Source: Anthoceros angustus (lineage: Eukaryota; Plantae; Anthocerotophyta). Taken from it: a stretch of 64,000 nt of DNA. The notes under the pieces were generated by a model that worked only from the letters and a program-made list of their open reading frames with translations, was not told where the DNA came from and made no database searches. The stretch is taken from contig VJWM01000103.1 of assembly GCA_010909165.1 (NCBI GenBank), forward strand, positions 868,001-932,000, written 5' to 3'. Position numbers and translations under genes: made by a program. This document shows positions 23,208 to 37,900 of the stretch, piece by piece; the first letter of the stretch is position 1; each line of letters opens with the position of its first letter.

Positions 23208-24905
23208 AATCACCTTGTGCTGTTTGTTGCAAGCTTTCTCCTAAGCCTTAGCAGGCTCATGTGGTAAAGTAGAGCAGCCTCCTCCAACGGGAAGAAGCTA
23301 CTGGGAGATGAAGGTAGTCTTGTACCAGCTTGAAAATCTTGCCATTGCATTGTATGACACCCATGAAGGAAAGCCCAACTTTCCAAGAAGCACGTCTCTG
23401 CAAGGTCGTGATGGCCCCGAGCTAAATACGGCTTCCCTGCAGCGCAAAACGCCGGTTTTTAATTTCAAGATCCTTACAAGAAAGACTGAACTTCTTGATT
23501 GTGAATGACAAACCTTTCTGAGTGAATGCCTTTGCCAGCAAGCGCCTCCCCGATTGTTCCCACTTGAAAGCTGTCCACTCTTGCATGGATGTTATCCGTG
23601 ATGGTGCTCTCTTACCACTTCCACAAGAGCAGTCGCAATGTGTTTCAGGCCTGGTGCTCCTGTATCGACCCCCAATGAAACTTGCTCCAATTTCTCACAC
23701 AGAAGTTCCTGCAAGTGTGACTCTGACTTCTGAGAGGATCGGCAACTAGCATTTCTTGTTGATCTCCTGGGCCTGCTGTCAACCTTGTTTATCGAGATCA
23801 TTGTTTGCAGATGCTCCCCTGGAAATCTTCCAGACTCTTGGCTGCTTGAAGCAATAACAGATTTGTCGATGACACAGCGGCAAAGTTTTTCATTGCTGGT
23901 GCCACTCCCAATGACTGAAAGCAGGTCCTGTTTTGCACGGGTGTAACTCATATAACAGCATCATCCAGGTTCTCAGGGCAAGGATCAGCGGGGAAAGGTG
24001 GCCTTGCCAGAAGTTCCTTGAGACAGGTTGAAACGAGCTGTTGCTCATCGCAACGTCGTACCAGGTCACCTACTCGGATCCGTAACAAGGCCCTTCCAGA
24101 CTAAATACAGGATTTGCAAGCCAAGGCCATGTCACTTTGATAATATATCCTGTTGGCTTCTGCGAAGCTTTCCACAGCCAACTTCCATAGATGTCGTTTT
24201 CGATGAAGTTCACCTGAAGACAGAAACCCCGTTAACAGAAATCCACAGGTTACATGAATGACGGCATTCATAAACTAAACGCATTATACATTCACCTATT
24301 GCTGATGCAAACGTAGCTTGTGCCAAGCGCAATGACAGAGCAGTTGCTATACGCAGTCCCTCACGAAGGTTCTTCTCTACATCATCGACAGCTCCTGCTT
24401 TCTCATCAATCAACCCGACCTGTAATGGTTCATAGCCACGATGATGTCATCGAGATATGTCTGTTGGAAGTTAGAGGTAATCAGTCAGGGAGCACAAACC
24501 TACTGGCTGAAATAAAGCGATTTACAAAATCGCAATGAGGGGAGGAGCGCTTACTTCAAAGCTGGGATCAATTTCAAACTCTCACACATCGTGTTATTCC
24601 AGATTGATGTAAATCTTTTTCAGCTTCATGCTCTTTGAATCGGTTGTCCTTTCTTGGCCCAAGGCATTGTCCCGGTGAAATAGGCCAACAGGGCATTAGA
24701 CACACATAACCAGTGCAGACGTTGTACTGTACTTCATCTGACCCCATCAAACTCTAAACCTTACCAGCAATGATACTGCCTCCGACAGATGAACTGCACA
24801 GTTGCTCAACTGTTGTGGTCCTTCTAACCGGGATCTTCGAGTTATTTCAAGCAGAAATCTTGATCTCTCATAAGAAAATTTACTTGCCGTATACATTTGC
24901 TCAAA
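23208..24905 (-). pseudogene. Partial, internally deleted genomic duplicate of separase
   Basis: Near-identical to 31800-32235, 32700-33470 and 34770-35250, with introns retained. Two large segments are missing and there is no start or catalytic domain. Confidence 0.9.
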
Positions 24906-25488
24906 TCAGTATACGATGCACTGTAGAGAATGCGTGGCCGGGCGAAAGAAAGAGAGTGTGTGAGATTTACACTAAGATACTAGAGAGTGATGGCGTCCCG
25001 GCGCCGCGGCCGGCAGCTACAGGGTCTGCGCGGAGGCGCCGCGCCCGTCGGCAGGTTTATCCCGCCCTTGCGTCTGACGACAAGTTTATCCAGCAGTTTG
25101 TCCTGCCTGGAGAGCCAAAGAGGCAAAGCGTAGTGCTGTAGACAGAGACTCTGTAGATGCGGCCTTTGAGGGAAGGCTTGGCAAAAGCAGCCATGGCCTG
25201 GCAGCGGCGACCCGTAAGCCTCATCGCCAGGTCCAGTGCCTACATACCGCAACCTTGCGCCCCGCTCCTGCATTCCGAGTCTGGCCACGCTTCAGGTGTG
25301 AACGGGGATCTTGTCTTCGCCTCCGTGATCTGGATCCGCTGCACTGCCAGTGAGAGTCGGGCGCTGCCTCGCGAGTTGCGAGTCTGTGCGTGGTGTTATG
25401 GAATGCAGGGAATTTGACAGAGGCTTGTGTGCAGGCGGGGTTTGAGCTTGGGCCCGATCGAAGCTTGCCGGAGGCGCGCTCTGAAAAA

Positions 25489-28453
25489 ATGGCAGTTGAA
25501 GGAGAGGAGGTGGTGGTGGACGTGATCCCGACCAGCTCCGTAGGAGGCGATGGCGAGTTGCGCGAGCCGCTGTTAGGCGTGAGTGTGGCGAACTCCAAAG
25601 ATGTAGAGCCGCGGCCGGTAGCGGGGCCGCGGGGCGACTCGGTGGAGAGCCTGGACTACGAGGTCATCGAGAACAGCCTCTTCACGTCCGACTGGAGATC
25701 GTTGCCGGGAAGCGAGGTTTTGCAGTACTTGGTGGCCAAGTGGGGACTGGCTTTCATCCTTGGCCTGCTCACTGCTTTGGTAGGATATGGCCTGAATATG
25801 GCCATTGAAAACGTGTGCGGACTGAAGTTCCTGGTGACGCTGCATTTCATGAACTCGGACCGGTGGGTGTGGATCGTAGTCCGAGGTCTTGTGGAGTCCT
25901 GTGCCTTTTTATCCAAGAGAGAGCGCTGTGATACAATGGCTGACATGTTCTTGATTGAACTACTGTTGCGCCTGCAGAGAATTTCTGGCTTTCTTTATGT
26001 ATTTGGGATTCAATTTGGTGATGGTGTTCCTGGCTGCAACCATGGTGGTGTACTTCGCGCCCGCTGCAGCCGGCTCGGGAATTGCTGAGGTGAAGTCCTA
26101 CCTGAACGGCATCGATGCTCCTGACATTTTCTCCGGCCGGACTCTCATCGTCAAGGTGAGACGATAAGAGTAGTTAACCACTTCAATTATTGAGGAAGCC
26201 TCTGCCTTTGGTGTGAGATTGAATCTTGAAGAATCAAGATTTGAATACCTAGCAAATGTTGTTGCGGACGGTGCAGATTGTCGGCGCAGTGTTCTCCAAT
26301 TCCGCGGGCATGGCGCTGGGGAGGGAAGGCCCGCTGATGCACATCGGCTCCATTATCGCTTACATGCTTGGGCAAGGCGGATCTGAGAAATACGGCCTCA
26401 AGTGGAAGTGGCTTCGGTTCTTCAAGAATGACCGGGACCGGCGCGACCTTGTGACTTGCGGAATCGCTGCTGGAGTGACAGCAGCCTTCCGAGCCCCAAT
26501 CGGAGGCGTCATTTTTGCCTTGGAGGAAGCAACCTCCTGGTATGTACTAAATATGATGGCACTTGACGCTCCGACTTGTCCTCTTCCTCTCTCTCTCTTC
26601 AAATTCAGCATCTGAGACATGGCAGCACTCGATTGCCGCGCCGTGACAGTGACTTATCAAATGGCAATATTGCAGGTGGCGAAACCCGCTGCTGTGGCGA
26701 GCCTTCTTCTCCACCGCCACGGTGGCCGTCACTCTCCGCACCTGCATCCGCTGGTGCTCCAATGGCGCGTGCGGCCTCTTCGGCGATGGCGGCCTCATCC
26801 TGTTCGACATCAGCGAGCTGGACGACCGGTACGGGCTGCTGGAGCTGGTCCCGGTGGTCGCCTTGGGAGTGGCGGGGGGCTTGCTGGGAAGCCTCTTCAA
26901 CAAGCTCAACTTGGATCTGGTGGCATTCACCAAGAAGTTCTTCCACAAAATGTATGTTCTTCGCTGATCTTGATCGGCGATTCGTTGCCGAAATGTGCGA
27001 TCTTCACACTTCGGTCGGAAGGCGGAGAGGAAATTTGACGTGTTGGCTTGCATTTTGATCTTTGGTGCAGGAACCGGCCGAGCTTGCAGGTGGTCCAGGC
27101 GCTGCTAGTCGGGACGGTGACGGCGGTGTGCAGCTTCTGCCTGCCGTGGCTGGCGACCTGCAAGGCGTGCCCCGAGGGGGCTGCGGGGTGCCCGACCTAC
27201 GGGCGGGTGGGGAACTACAAGGCGTTCGCGTGCCCCCGGGGCGAGTACAACGATCTGGCGGGCCTCTTCTTCAACACCAACGATGATGCCATCCGCAACC
27301 TCTTCAGCATCCGGACGCGGGGGGAGTACAGCTACTCTTCGCTGGCGCTCTACGGCGTGAGCATGTACGTGCTGGGGGTGATCACGTACGGGGTGGCGGT
27401 GCCGTCGGGGCTGTACATCCCGGAGATCCTTTCGGGCGCCAGCTATGGCAGGATGGTGGGCAAGCTGGTGAACGAGCGGTGGTACGAGGGGGACTCGGTG
27501 CCCAGGCTGGATGAGGGGATGTACGCGGTGCTGGGCGCGGCGGCGTTTCTGGGGGGCTCCATGCGGATGACGGCGGCGCTGGTGGTCATCCTGCTGGAGC
27601 TCACCAACAACCTGCACGCGCTGCCGCTCATCATGCTGGTGCTGCTCATCTCCAAGACGGTCGGGGACTACTTCAACCAGGGCATCTTCGTGTCGCACGT
27701 CCTGCTCAAGGGGCTGCACTTCATGCCGGCCTCGCCGCACCCCTTCATGCGGCATCTCACGGCGCGCGACGCTATGGTGAAGGGTCCGCTGGTGACGCTA
27801 TCCCGGGTGGAGCGCGTCGGGGCGGTGTACGACGCGCTCTGGGAGACGCAGCACAACGCCTTCCCTGTGCTGGAGGCGCGCTCGGGCGGGTCTACCCTCT
27901 TCACCGGCCTGGTTCTCCGGCAGCAGCTCCTGCTCCTCCTGCGCCGCCAACGCTTCCTGCCCAGGTGCGACAGCTCGTCGGGGACGGCTCCGGACTCCTG
28001 GCTCTGCAGCGCGGTCTTGGACAAACCCGCCACGTCCAAGGGGCCCCGGATCGAAGACGTCCACCTGACTCCTGAGCAGCGTGACATGTTTGTGGACCTC
28101 TACCCCGTCTGCAACAGCTCGCCCTACACCGTCGTTGAAACCATGTCCCTTGCGAAGACCTACACACTCTTCCGCCAGCTGGGGCTCCGCCATCTCTGCA
28201 TCCTCCCCAAGTCCCCTGAGGTAATCTTCACACTTCCTCGCCATTTCCTTACTCTTTCATTTATCTCCTTGCAAGCTTGACTTAGCTCGCTGTCTTGTGG
28301 AATGCGCAGCCTGGGCAGATCCCCATCGTCGGAATTTTGACGAGGAAGGATTTCGCGCCCGACCGCCTTCTCAGCTCCTATCCGCATCTGCGAGACAAGT
28401 ATTCCCGGGGAGCCTTCTGCTTCCCTTTCCCATTCGGCAGCACTTCAGGTTAG
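25489..28453 (+). CDS. CLC: CLC chloride/nitrate channel-transporter (CLC-a/b/c/g-like) with CBS domains, multi-exon
   Basis: ESLDYE, GSGIAEVKSYLNG, GREGP, RDRRDLVTCG, FRAPIGGVIFALEE, PSGLYIP, FLGGSMRMT and C-terminal CBS (LGLRHL, VGILTRKDF). Stop at 28451-28453. Confidence 0.95.
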
Positions 28454-28935
28454 TTAGTTAGTTCGTTACACTTATTCATTTGGCGACAAAGTCGGCCATA
28501 GATATCTCCCCTCCTCTGTGCCTTGCCATGTGTACCGTATGTATTATACATATGCCATAGACTCTTTATAGTTACCTACCTACCGCGGTAGTTCCTGTAG
28601 TTAAATAGTCAGTTAGCTAGTGAGCTTCCTTTAGCCTGCGATTCAACCATTCATCATGAGCCGTGTACCATTTATTACAAACTATTTATTCAAGTCCATG
28701 GAAAGAAAAAGAAATGAAGAATTTCTACGCTCAGTGGATGAACATCGATTGTGTTTCAGCATTTGGCTGGAGCCAGACTGGCACATCACGTCACCAGACG
28801 GACGCATCGTCTTGGAGCACGTAAAGCATAAGGTGCTACGGCACGTAAAGCCAATTCGTTGAGCAACTCTCGCTTGCGTTCTTCACAAGCACGTGCAATC
28901 CATATGTACAGAGGCTGCGCAGGAGCTTTACAGAT

Positions 28936-31900
28936 TCACTCCCTTGTGTAAATGGGTGTGGGCACGCCGTAGCTCACGGGAGCAGCTCCAATGAGGAAAG
29001 GCAATTTACATGAATTTCTGCCGTCGCTAACTTGCCCCATGTGAACCACGGACCTGGGTTGTGGTGCCTTGCTGTTGCGGCTGGATTCCCGGCCAGCATC
29101 TTCCGGGGATGGGAAAGCAGCGGGCCCGTCGTCGGAGGCTGCCAGCCAGGAGTGGAGGAGAACGCGGCTGAAGCGGTCGATATCGCCGTCCGTCACGTCC
29201 CACAGGTTGGCGATGGCGGTGGGGCAGCCAGCCATGAGATAGGATAGCGGTATCCCCACGGGCTCGTAGTCGCCGCGGTCGGCGAGGCGCCCGCTACCGC
29301 ATCCCATGAGGAGCGCAGCCGCGCATTTCCCCAGCCGCCTGATTCGTCGTTCGGGTACGTACTGCTCGCCTGGGCACATCAAGTGAAGTCAGCAGACATC
29401 AACACGGAGAGATTGAAACTGACAGAAATAACTAAGCCTAAGCATCTGATTGCTCACCGCTGCCGTGACCGAAATAGACGAACAAATCATGCTCGGTGAG
29501 GCCTTCCAAGCAGTCGTCGACACTCGGCACTTCACCGGCTTTTCCCTGCGCGTAATTTCAGTGCTGATGCCTGGTCAGCGCTCATGTCGGGAGTTGAACT
29601 GCAACCACTGTACCTTTTACAAACTCTTACCTTCCAGCCTTCTTGCTGAGAGAACCAATCCTCAAATGCTGCCTGAGTGCTTGCTAGGTCTCCACTTGGG
29701 TTGAGGAGGTAGTAAGCATCGGAAGCATTCACCCAATTGGTCGGCAACTCATTTAACACAGAGCTCCGATGTATGAGGAGTGCCCGTAAGCTGCCCACCG
29801 ATGGCATACGATACGTCTCGTAGTCCCTGAGGCATGGGAGGCTTTCCCAAGGCAGTTTCTGCAAAAGCAACGAGAAAGGCAAGTATGTAAGTCCGACACC
29901 AACGGCGACACGGGTGAAGTCGCTTGCTTGACCCATGTTTCCGTCCTCCTACCTGGAGGTTGCTGTCTAGCACAAGCTCCACAGCTTGTCTATCCAGAGG
30001 CTGAGAATCTGGAGAGTCCTTCCCGTGCGGCACAGATCGTTTGGACTGGGCAATATCTCGTTGCGTTTGCCGCCTTATCCTGGATCTTCCGCGGGTGCGA
30101 CCATCACTTTGATCTTCTGAAGCAGATCTATGACCTCTCACTGAAGTTCTGTATGCTGCCGCGAAACCCTCCGCAGCTTGACGGATCCATTGTTGACGGT
30201 GATTAGGAACTGAGCTGTCGGCCTCACCAGGTAAGGAGAAGCCGGACCTGTTCCACCCAATCAGCCAGGCTAGCCCTGCCTCCAGCTGGCCTCTGCTCAG
30301 ACAGCCCAAGCCTTGTAGGAGAAGATGAACGAGATTTTCATCGACTTCCATCATTTGCTTCTCCGGTGCGCCCTGCTTCGAAATCTCTTTCAGCTCCTTG
30401 GAAAGAGCCTTTGCCGACATCTTCAGAGCTTGAGTAACACCTGAGTCCGACGGTCTTCCCAACAAGAAGCATTTCCACGGTCCCAGCCACAGGTCCTCCA
30501 GGGTGCTGCACAGTGAGATAACAACGTACGTGAGGCTACATCCTGAAGTTTTGAGGATACGACACAAGTAGAGAGCCAGGCTGTTGCGAGGACCTCAGCA
30601 ACGAAGAAAGTCTGAAATCGAGTTCGGTCCTCCATTTCCACCACGCAGTCTTTTGCTCAGTGGTTGTCACCGGCCCGGTTTCAGCTGTAGACTGACGACT
30701 CTCTTCCATGATGGAAGTAAACTCTGGGATGGCTTTCTGCAGCACATCCAGCACATGCTTGCCGTCATTCTCAGACGAAGTACTCGATTGGACACCTGCA
30801 TCTCCCACATAGTATGGGGAAGCCACCCCTACGCACAAGACGTAACTTATCAGTCTTTCAGTTTGGACATCTATCATATCGAGCATAGCATAACTTGACC
30901 TTACTCACCTTTCGTAAGAGGGGCAGCAGGCAACAGTATCACCGAGGGCTCAGCTCCAATATGCGTCACAAAGAGCCAAGCACAGCTGGTTGGATGTTCC
31001 CGTTGAATAAGGGAAACATGGTCTGTATCCACAAAACCTATACAACAAACCGTTGATTGCTCCAGACCACTGTGGAATCCATCTGCCCAAGCCTCAACGG
31101 CGTTGAGCCCCTCTGGCACTATCCTATACATGCCAGCCGAGAGCAAAGGTTATGGTTTGCAGGGTACAGTTGTCCAGAGGAGAGCCTTTCCAAGGAAGTG
31201 ACAAAACGCCAACCTGAGAGCTTGCTGCATTTCCTCGAGGCTCTTCTTACTTGAAAGTGAAACGAGACCCTACTCACCAAATACACATTGAACATTCATA
31301 ATGGATCTGACAGAACCAAGCTGCATACCACAACTAGCTTGGAGGCAAGGTGCTTACCTTTTCAGTCTCGGAGGTCATCTTGGAATTCACAACTGTGAGG
31401 TGCTGCTGGCGTGCTGTGGATCCTAGAGAGGTCTGCTGGAAATACGCCGCTAGAGAATGCAAGTCCCCAGAACCCCTTCCTGAATGGTGACAAACGCCTC
31501 CTGCGGAGATAGGTACATGCAGAAGGGCCAGAAGTTGTGCAACCTGAAACAGAATTCTTGTTAGATGCAGAGGAGTAAGGAACCTGCGACCAAATGAGGG
31601 ACAACCACAGCAACTAGTTCTTAGTAGCGGCATACCTTACGCAGAAGGGGTGGAGTCTGCTGACAAAGTAGGAATGATCTATGTAACCACGTAAGTGGCT
31701 GCTGAAGTCCTGTCCCATCAATTCTGCAGAAGAAACCAAACTTAGACCAAAGCTACGATACCACAACTGTACCTAGCTCGTTATTAAACACCGTCCCACG
31801 AATCACCTTGTGCTGTTTGTTGCAAGCTCTCTCCTAAGCCTTAGCAGGCTCATGTGGTAAAGTAGAGCAGCCTCCTCCAACGGGAAGAAGCTACTGGGAG

Positions 31901-34900
31901 ATGAAGGTAGTCTTGTACCAGCTTGAAAATCTTGCCATTGCATTGTATGACACCCATGAAGAAAAGCCCAACTTTCCAAGAAGCACGTCTCTGCAAGGTC
32001 GTGATGGCCCCGAGCTAAATACGCCTTCCCTGCAGCGCAAAACGCAGGTTTTTAATTTCAAGATCCTTACAAGAAAGACTAAACTTCTTGATTATGAATG
32101 ACAAACCTTTCTGAGTGAATGCGTTTGCCAGCAAACGCCTCCCCGATTGTTCCCACTTGAAAGCTGTCCACTCTTGCATGGATGTTATCCGTGATGGTGC
32201 TCTCTTACCACTTCCGCAAGAGCAGTCGCAACGTGTTTCAGATGTACTTGCGGTTTCATGGCTAGTATTTCGCAGCCACTCTGCATCTGTTTCTTCAGTG
32301 TGTGCTGATGGCAAAGATTCGCTGCCCTTTGCAGGAGCGTGACAGCCAGCGTCTTTATCTGGTGGCAGCCCGAAACCAGGGCGCGGTTCAACAGAAGCAG
32401 CTTTCTGCCTGGAAGGTCGTCTCCTGCCCTCTGCAGTTCCTATACCTTCCAGTCCTGTGAGGCTCAGAGATGATACTGGTCCAGGTTCTGTTTCACACAA
32501 GACAGCCTTCCGGGATCTCGGTCTCCTTTGAGGATTCCTTAGGGTATCGCTCAGCGACGAGCTGGTGCCTTCATCAATGCGTCCACTATCAATCTCAGAG
32601 GCAGCACCAGAAGCTAGAAGCCTTAGCTTCAAGCGAGCACTTCGCTTCACTGGAAGTCCAGTCCGGGTAGTTGCCACCTCCTTCTGTCGAGTCACCACTG
32701 GTGCTCCTGTGTCGACCCCCAATGAAACTTGCACCAATTTCTCACACAGAAGGTCCTGCAAGTGTGACTCTGGCTCCTGAGAGGATCGGCAACTAGCATT
32801 TCTTGCTGATCTCCTGGGCCTGCTGTCAACCTTGTTTATCGAGATCATTGTTTGCAGATGCTCCCCTGGAAATCTTCCAGACTCTTGGCTGCTTGAAGCA
32901 ATAACAGATTTGTCGATGACACAGCGGCAAATTTTTTCATTGCTGGTGCCACTCCCAATGACTGAAAGCAGGTCCTCTTTTGCACGGGTGTAACTCCATA
33001 TAACAGCATCATCCAGGTTCTCAGGGCAAGGATCAGCGGGGAAAGGTGGCCTTGCCAGAAGTTCCTTGAGACAGGTTGAAACGAGCTGTTGCTCATCGCA
33101 ACGCCGTACCAGGTCACCTATTCGGATCCGTAACAAGGCCCTTCCAGACTGAATACAGGATTTGCAAGCCAAGGTCATGTCACTTTGATAATATATCCTG
33201 TTGGCTTCTGCGAAGCTTTCCACAGCCAACTTCCATAGATGTCGTTTTCGATGAAGTTCGCCTGAAGACAGAAACCCCGTTAACAGAAATCCACAGGTTA
33301 CATGAATGACGGCATTCATAAACTAAACGCGTTATACATTCACCTATTGCTGATGCAAACGTAGCTTGTGCCAAGGGCAATGACAGAGCAGTCGCTATAC
33401 GCAGTCCCTCACGAAGGTTCTTCTCTGCATCATCGACAGCTCCTGCTTTCTCATGAATCAACCCGACCTGCAAAGATGACCGTTAGCAATCATCGGCACA
33501 TCCCATACTACACATCCTACACTATACATCTTATATTTTTTCAACATGACACCGAATTACCTGGAAGAGACTCTCTAGGTACTTTCCCAATACATGCCAT
33601 TGGCTACGAACTACGTCCGAGTCCCCCATGACATGCATGGCAGGCCATGCATTAGCTGCTACATGTCCGATAGCTGCCAGGTTGCTGCTGCTACTGCTAA
33701 TACCTGCTGTCGAGCTTGGCTCAGCCACTGGAACTGGCCCTGTGCTGCTGGCCATAAACGTCCGACTAAAGCACCTGTATCTCAGCTGAAGAGCTTCCTT
33801 TGCATACGCTTGTGCCTGCAACACAACGATAGAACATCAAACACAGTACGACTAGTGTATCTGATTGACTTACAGCTTAAAGAAGAGAGAGATTTCTAGA
33901 CAACGCATGTCACCCATTCACGAAAGCCTATTTCTAGGGCCCAGACCTTACCTGTACGAGGTTCCCCTCTCCAAGGGCCTGCTGAGCGAGACTGTGATGG
34001 ACTTGAGAAAGTCCCAGATTTGAGTGACAAGATTTTCGAGTCTGCTGTATAAGATCCAAGATAAGCACACATCCTCCGCTCAGTCACACTTTCAACGCAG
34101 CTCAGGACATTGTACACACAAATTTACTGATCCAACGTAGCCTCTCTCTCACCTTCAATTCTATGAATGCATCCGGTACCACTGTTTTGGCGGAATCTGG
34201 AGAAACATCTATAGCAACTAGTCTCATAAGGGCGCCCAGTTCAGATGTTGAGGCATTGTCTGCATTTCTTTGCCAGGTTTCAATAGAATCTACTGCCAGC
34301 CCAAAATTCTTGGACAAGGAAGCAGACAATCTGCCTGAATGAGGTACAAGACAGAGAGCATGACCAACTTGTCTCTCTACCAACAATGACGTGAATATTT
34401 CTTCCTTTGAGAAGCTTTCACCTGCAACTATATCAAATATCAGGTCATGCAAGTCATCTTGTAACACCGAATACCCCTGCGAAAACAAAACCCATCATCA
34501 CCACATTGTCTTGGCATGTATGCAAATTCTTATTATCCATTTCCTACCATGACCACCTTCACGAATTAGTTCCTCGGTACGCAAACTACAACGTTATAGG
34601 TTGCCAAGGTCCTGATGGTGACTCACCTTTAGTGAGGCGAAGTCAGCAACATTACACAGTAAACATACGGCTTCCTTTCCAAAGGATAAGGACCAAGCAT
34701 TGTCGTCCTTCTCAGGAACCAGCTTGTTTGTGCTTGCATTGCTGAACTTGAGAGCTTCCCGCCAATGATTGATAGCCACGATGATGTCATCGAGATATAT
34801 CTGTTGGAAGTTAGAGGTAATCAGTCAGGAAGCACAATCCTGCTGGCTGAAATAAAGCAATTTACAAAATGGCAATGAGGGGAGGAGCGCTTACTTCAGA

Positions 34901-37900
34901 GCTGGGATCAATTTCAAACATGCATAGTGCTCTCACACATCGTGTTATTCCAGATTGATGTAATATCTTTTTCAGCTTCATGCTCTTTGAATGTGTTGTG
35001 CTTTCTTGGCCCAAGGCATTGTCCTGGTGAAATAGGCCAACAGGACATTAGACACACATAACCAGTGCAGACGTTGTACTAGACTTCATATGACCCCATC
35101 AAACTGTAAACCTTACCAGCAATGATACTGCCTCCGACAGATAAACTGCACAGTTGCTCAACTGTTCTGGTCCTTCTAACCGGGATCTTCGACTTATTTC
35201 AAGCAGAACTCTTGATCTCTCATAAGAAAATTTACTTGCCGTATACACTTGCTCAAGCAACAAATCAAGAATTTTTCCTCTCATGACTTTTGACAATTCA
35301 TTCTCCATGCCATCGTACACTGACAGCTCCTGTTCAAAGACCACTGTTAAGCTTCACACAGGAACTTCACGTTCCAAGGGTTTCAAATATTGAGCAAAAG
35401 GCAGTACCTCTTCCATAATTGAACCCAAGATGTCAGCCGGCAGAGGTGGCTGCAGCTCGCACAACAAGTTGGGCAACGAAAGATGAGATGCTCCACTCCG
35501 TGTGCACACCCCCTAAGCAGCGACAGAAATGGTCATGGAGGCCCAGACGATCTGCATGCAACAGAGACGGTAACACGGGAAGCCAGACACATCCAAGCCC
35601 AGATTGCACATACCTTGACCCAGAGACGAATCAGTTGACGAGGTCTCGGCACGTGCACCATCAGTGCTTGTGCTCTGCCCCAACGATACAAACCATCTAC
35701 AAGCACCTGGGACGAACCCTCGTAGTCCTCACATCGTGTGAGAGCGTCAACAAGAGCCACACACTTGCCCAAACATTCTGACACTGCACTTGACAGTTCT
35801 ACAGACTCCAGGTCTAAGAGTGCTGCACTCTTGTGGAAGGACCTCAAGTCCATAGTGGCACAGGCAGATTCATAAGCCAACCGCAAGGGGCCACCTGCCT
35901 GCACACCTTGAGTCTGTCAGTTGTGCCCACTCAGTTGTATAAGTATCCACATTTCGACAAATTCTTCCACTCACCAGCCCATACTTTGTGGCATTGAACA
36001 TCTGGACACCGACATTGTAAGTTGATGACATCAACCAACGAAGCTCCTCTTCGTCTGTTTCAGTCTTTCGCAGAATATCCCTCAAAATTAGCAGATGTCT
36101 CTGAGATACATACCGCAGATGCAGATTAGGGAGGAGGGAAAACGCAAGTTAGACAGAGCAGCACTTCATTCCTACGTACAAATGTTGGGTACCTCAGTTT
36201 TCTCTTCTGTCAGAACCGAAAGTTTCAATGCTGCAACTGCTGCAGCTGAAACACATTTATGACCCCTTTCAAGAACTTCTCTTTCGGCGTCTTTTGAGTC
36301 TGTGGCCCTGTAGCGAGCACACATATACATCTCAAAAATATAGCTTTCCAAAGCTCTAAGTCATCGGTCACGATTCCAAACGAAAAATTCAGAGAGGAAC
36401 ACTTAGTTACCTTAATCCACTCTGTACAACCAAACACAGCAGATGCAAGATCTGCTCCAACAACTCCATCAATCTTCTGAAGGGTTCCTCAATCTTTGCT
36501 GAACAGGAACTTGAGATATACGCATTCCACTGTGCCTGGACAAACTTGGCTGACAACCTTCGCACAAAGTCCAGCGGTTTGAAGACGGATGCCAATATCT
36601 TCACTGAGCAGTCACCTACAACCACCTTGGAATGCACCTCCTTGGCAATTTTCCTGTTCGTGACTTCCGTCGACTCTTGATTGAGCAAGAGCTGAACTCC
36701 TTCCGACGCATTGTCGAGAGCTCTTAACAGTTGACAAATCTTCTTCCCTTCTCCAAACTGTTCAGTCTCCGCAAATGACAGCCCCACTGCATAGAGTCCA
36801 GCAACTCCAGCTAAAATGGAAGCCTAGCACAAAAGAAAAAAGGCACAGGAGAAGAAGTTTAATCTGCTGCCATGTGCAACTGGCAGACGAAGAGGGACCT
36901 CTTCGTCCACTTTGAAACAAGATCAAGCTGAACTTCGGTGTAAGCCGAAGTTACATTCGTGCCGAAGATCAAGCTGAACTTACATTCGTGCCGAATCTGT
37001 GCGAAAGGCCTTGGATGTCTTCAGCACCAACCAGATTGCAATTTGCAGCTTGGCACAACCGAGCAAAGGAATCCAGCAAGTCTACGACTTCGGGGTTGTC
37101 CCACAGGATAGACAGCTGCAGATATTTGAAGACTCACATGAGCCATCGAGTCCTCACAGGGCAGAGAGGGAAATAAAAGCAGCTCGCTCAGCAGCAAAGC
37201 ATCAAGGCCCATCTCGGAGATCCTAACCTGATTCATTTGACAAATTTCAGATAGACATGCTCGACAGACGCTAACCGCTACCATGGGCGCGTGGCTGGAC
37301 AAAGATGAACACAGCCTTCGGGCAACCTGCAGGGCCATAAATCTGCCAAAATCAGTCATAAAATGGTCAAGCACGACTACACACGCCACAGTGTAGCAGT
37401 CACTGACGTATCCACAAAAAAGGTGTTGTCTTCGACAGGAGTAACTGGCTGCGTACTCTTGCATACTGTCCGCATTGAGAAGAGAGAGCACAACAATGAA
37501 GTGCAAGGACACAAAACTTGTGTACAACTTCTGCTTCATGGCTCTCAATTCCCTCTGCCAACTTGGAAGCCATTTTGTACGCTCCCTTGAACAAGCTGTC
37601 TCGCTGCTTCTCAGCACTCGAGGGAGGCAGAATTCTGTGTGCAAACAAAGTCGAGTGAGACAGTGCCAAAATTTAGCCTTCGTCCATGAAGGCCAATTCC
37701 CTGGATGCATCACATCATGTCGGAGTTCGAGTTTCACCAACATTTACAAAATTCCGTGAGAATTTACAGAAGTATCCAATTCCCACCTGAACCACGGATC
37801 CAAACGCTCCGGCAACGACAACAGCACTCGCACAACGTCGGACGAGCAGTCCCCATTTTCAGCCATGCAAAAAAACAGGTCCACTGCCACCCCCGTCACC

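Noticed and set aside
24980-25417. GC-rich short ORFs upstream of CLC
   Set aside because: No recognisable domain or consistent splice model; probably promoter/5' UTR.
27105-28244. Several long minus-strand ORFs
   Set aside because: Antisense shadows of the GC-rich CLC exon.
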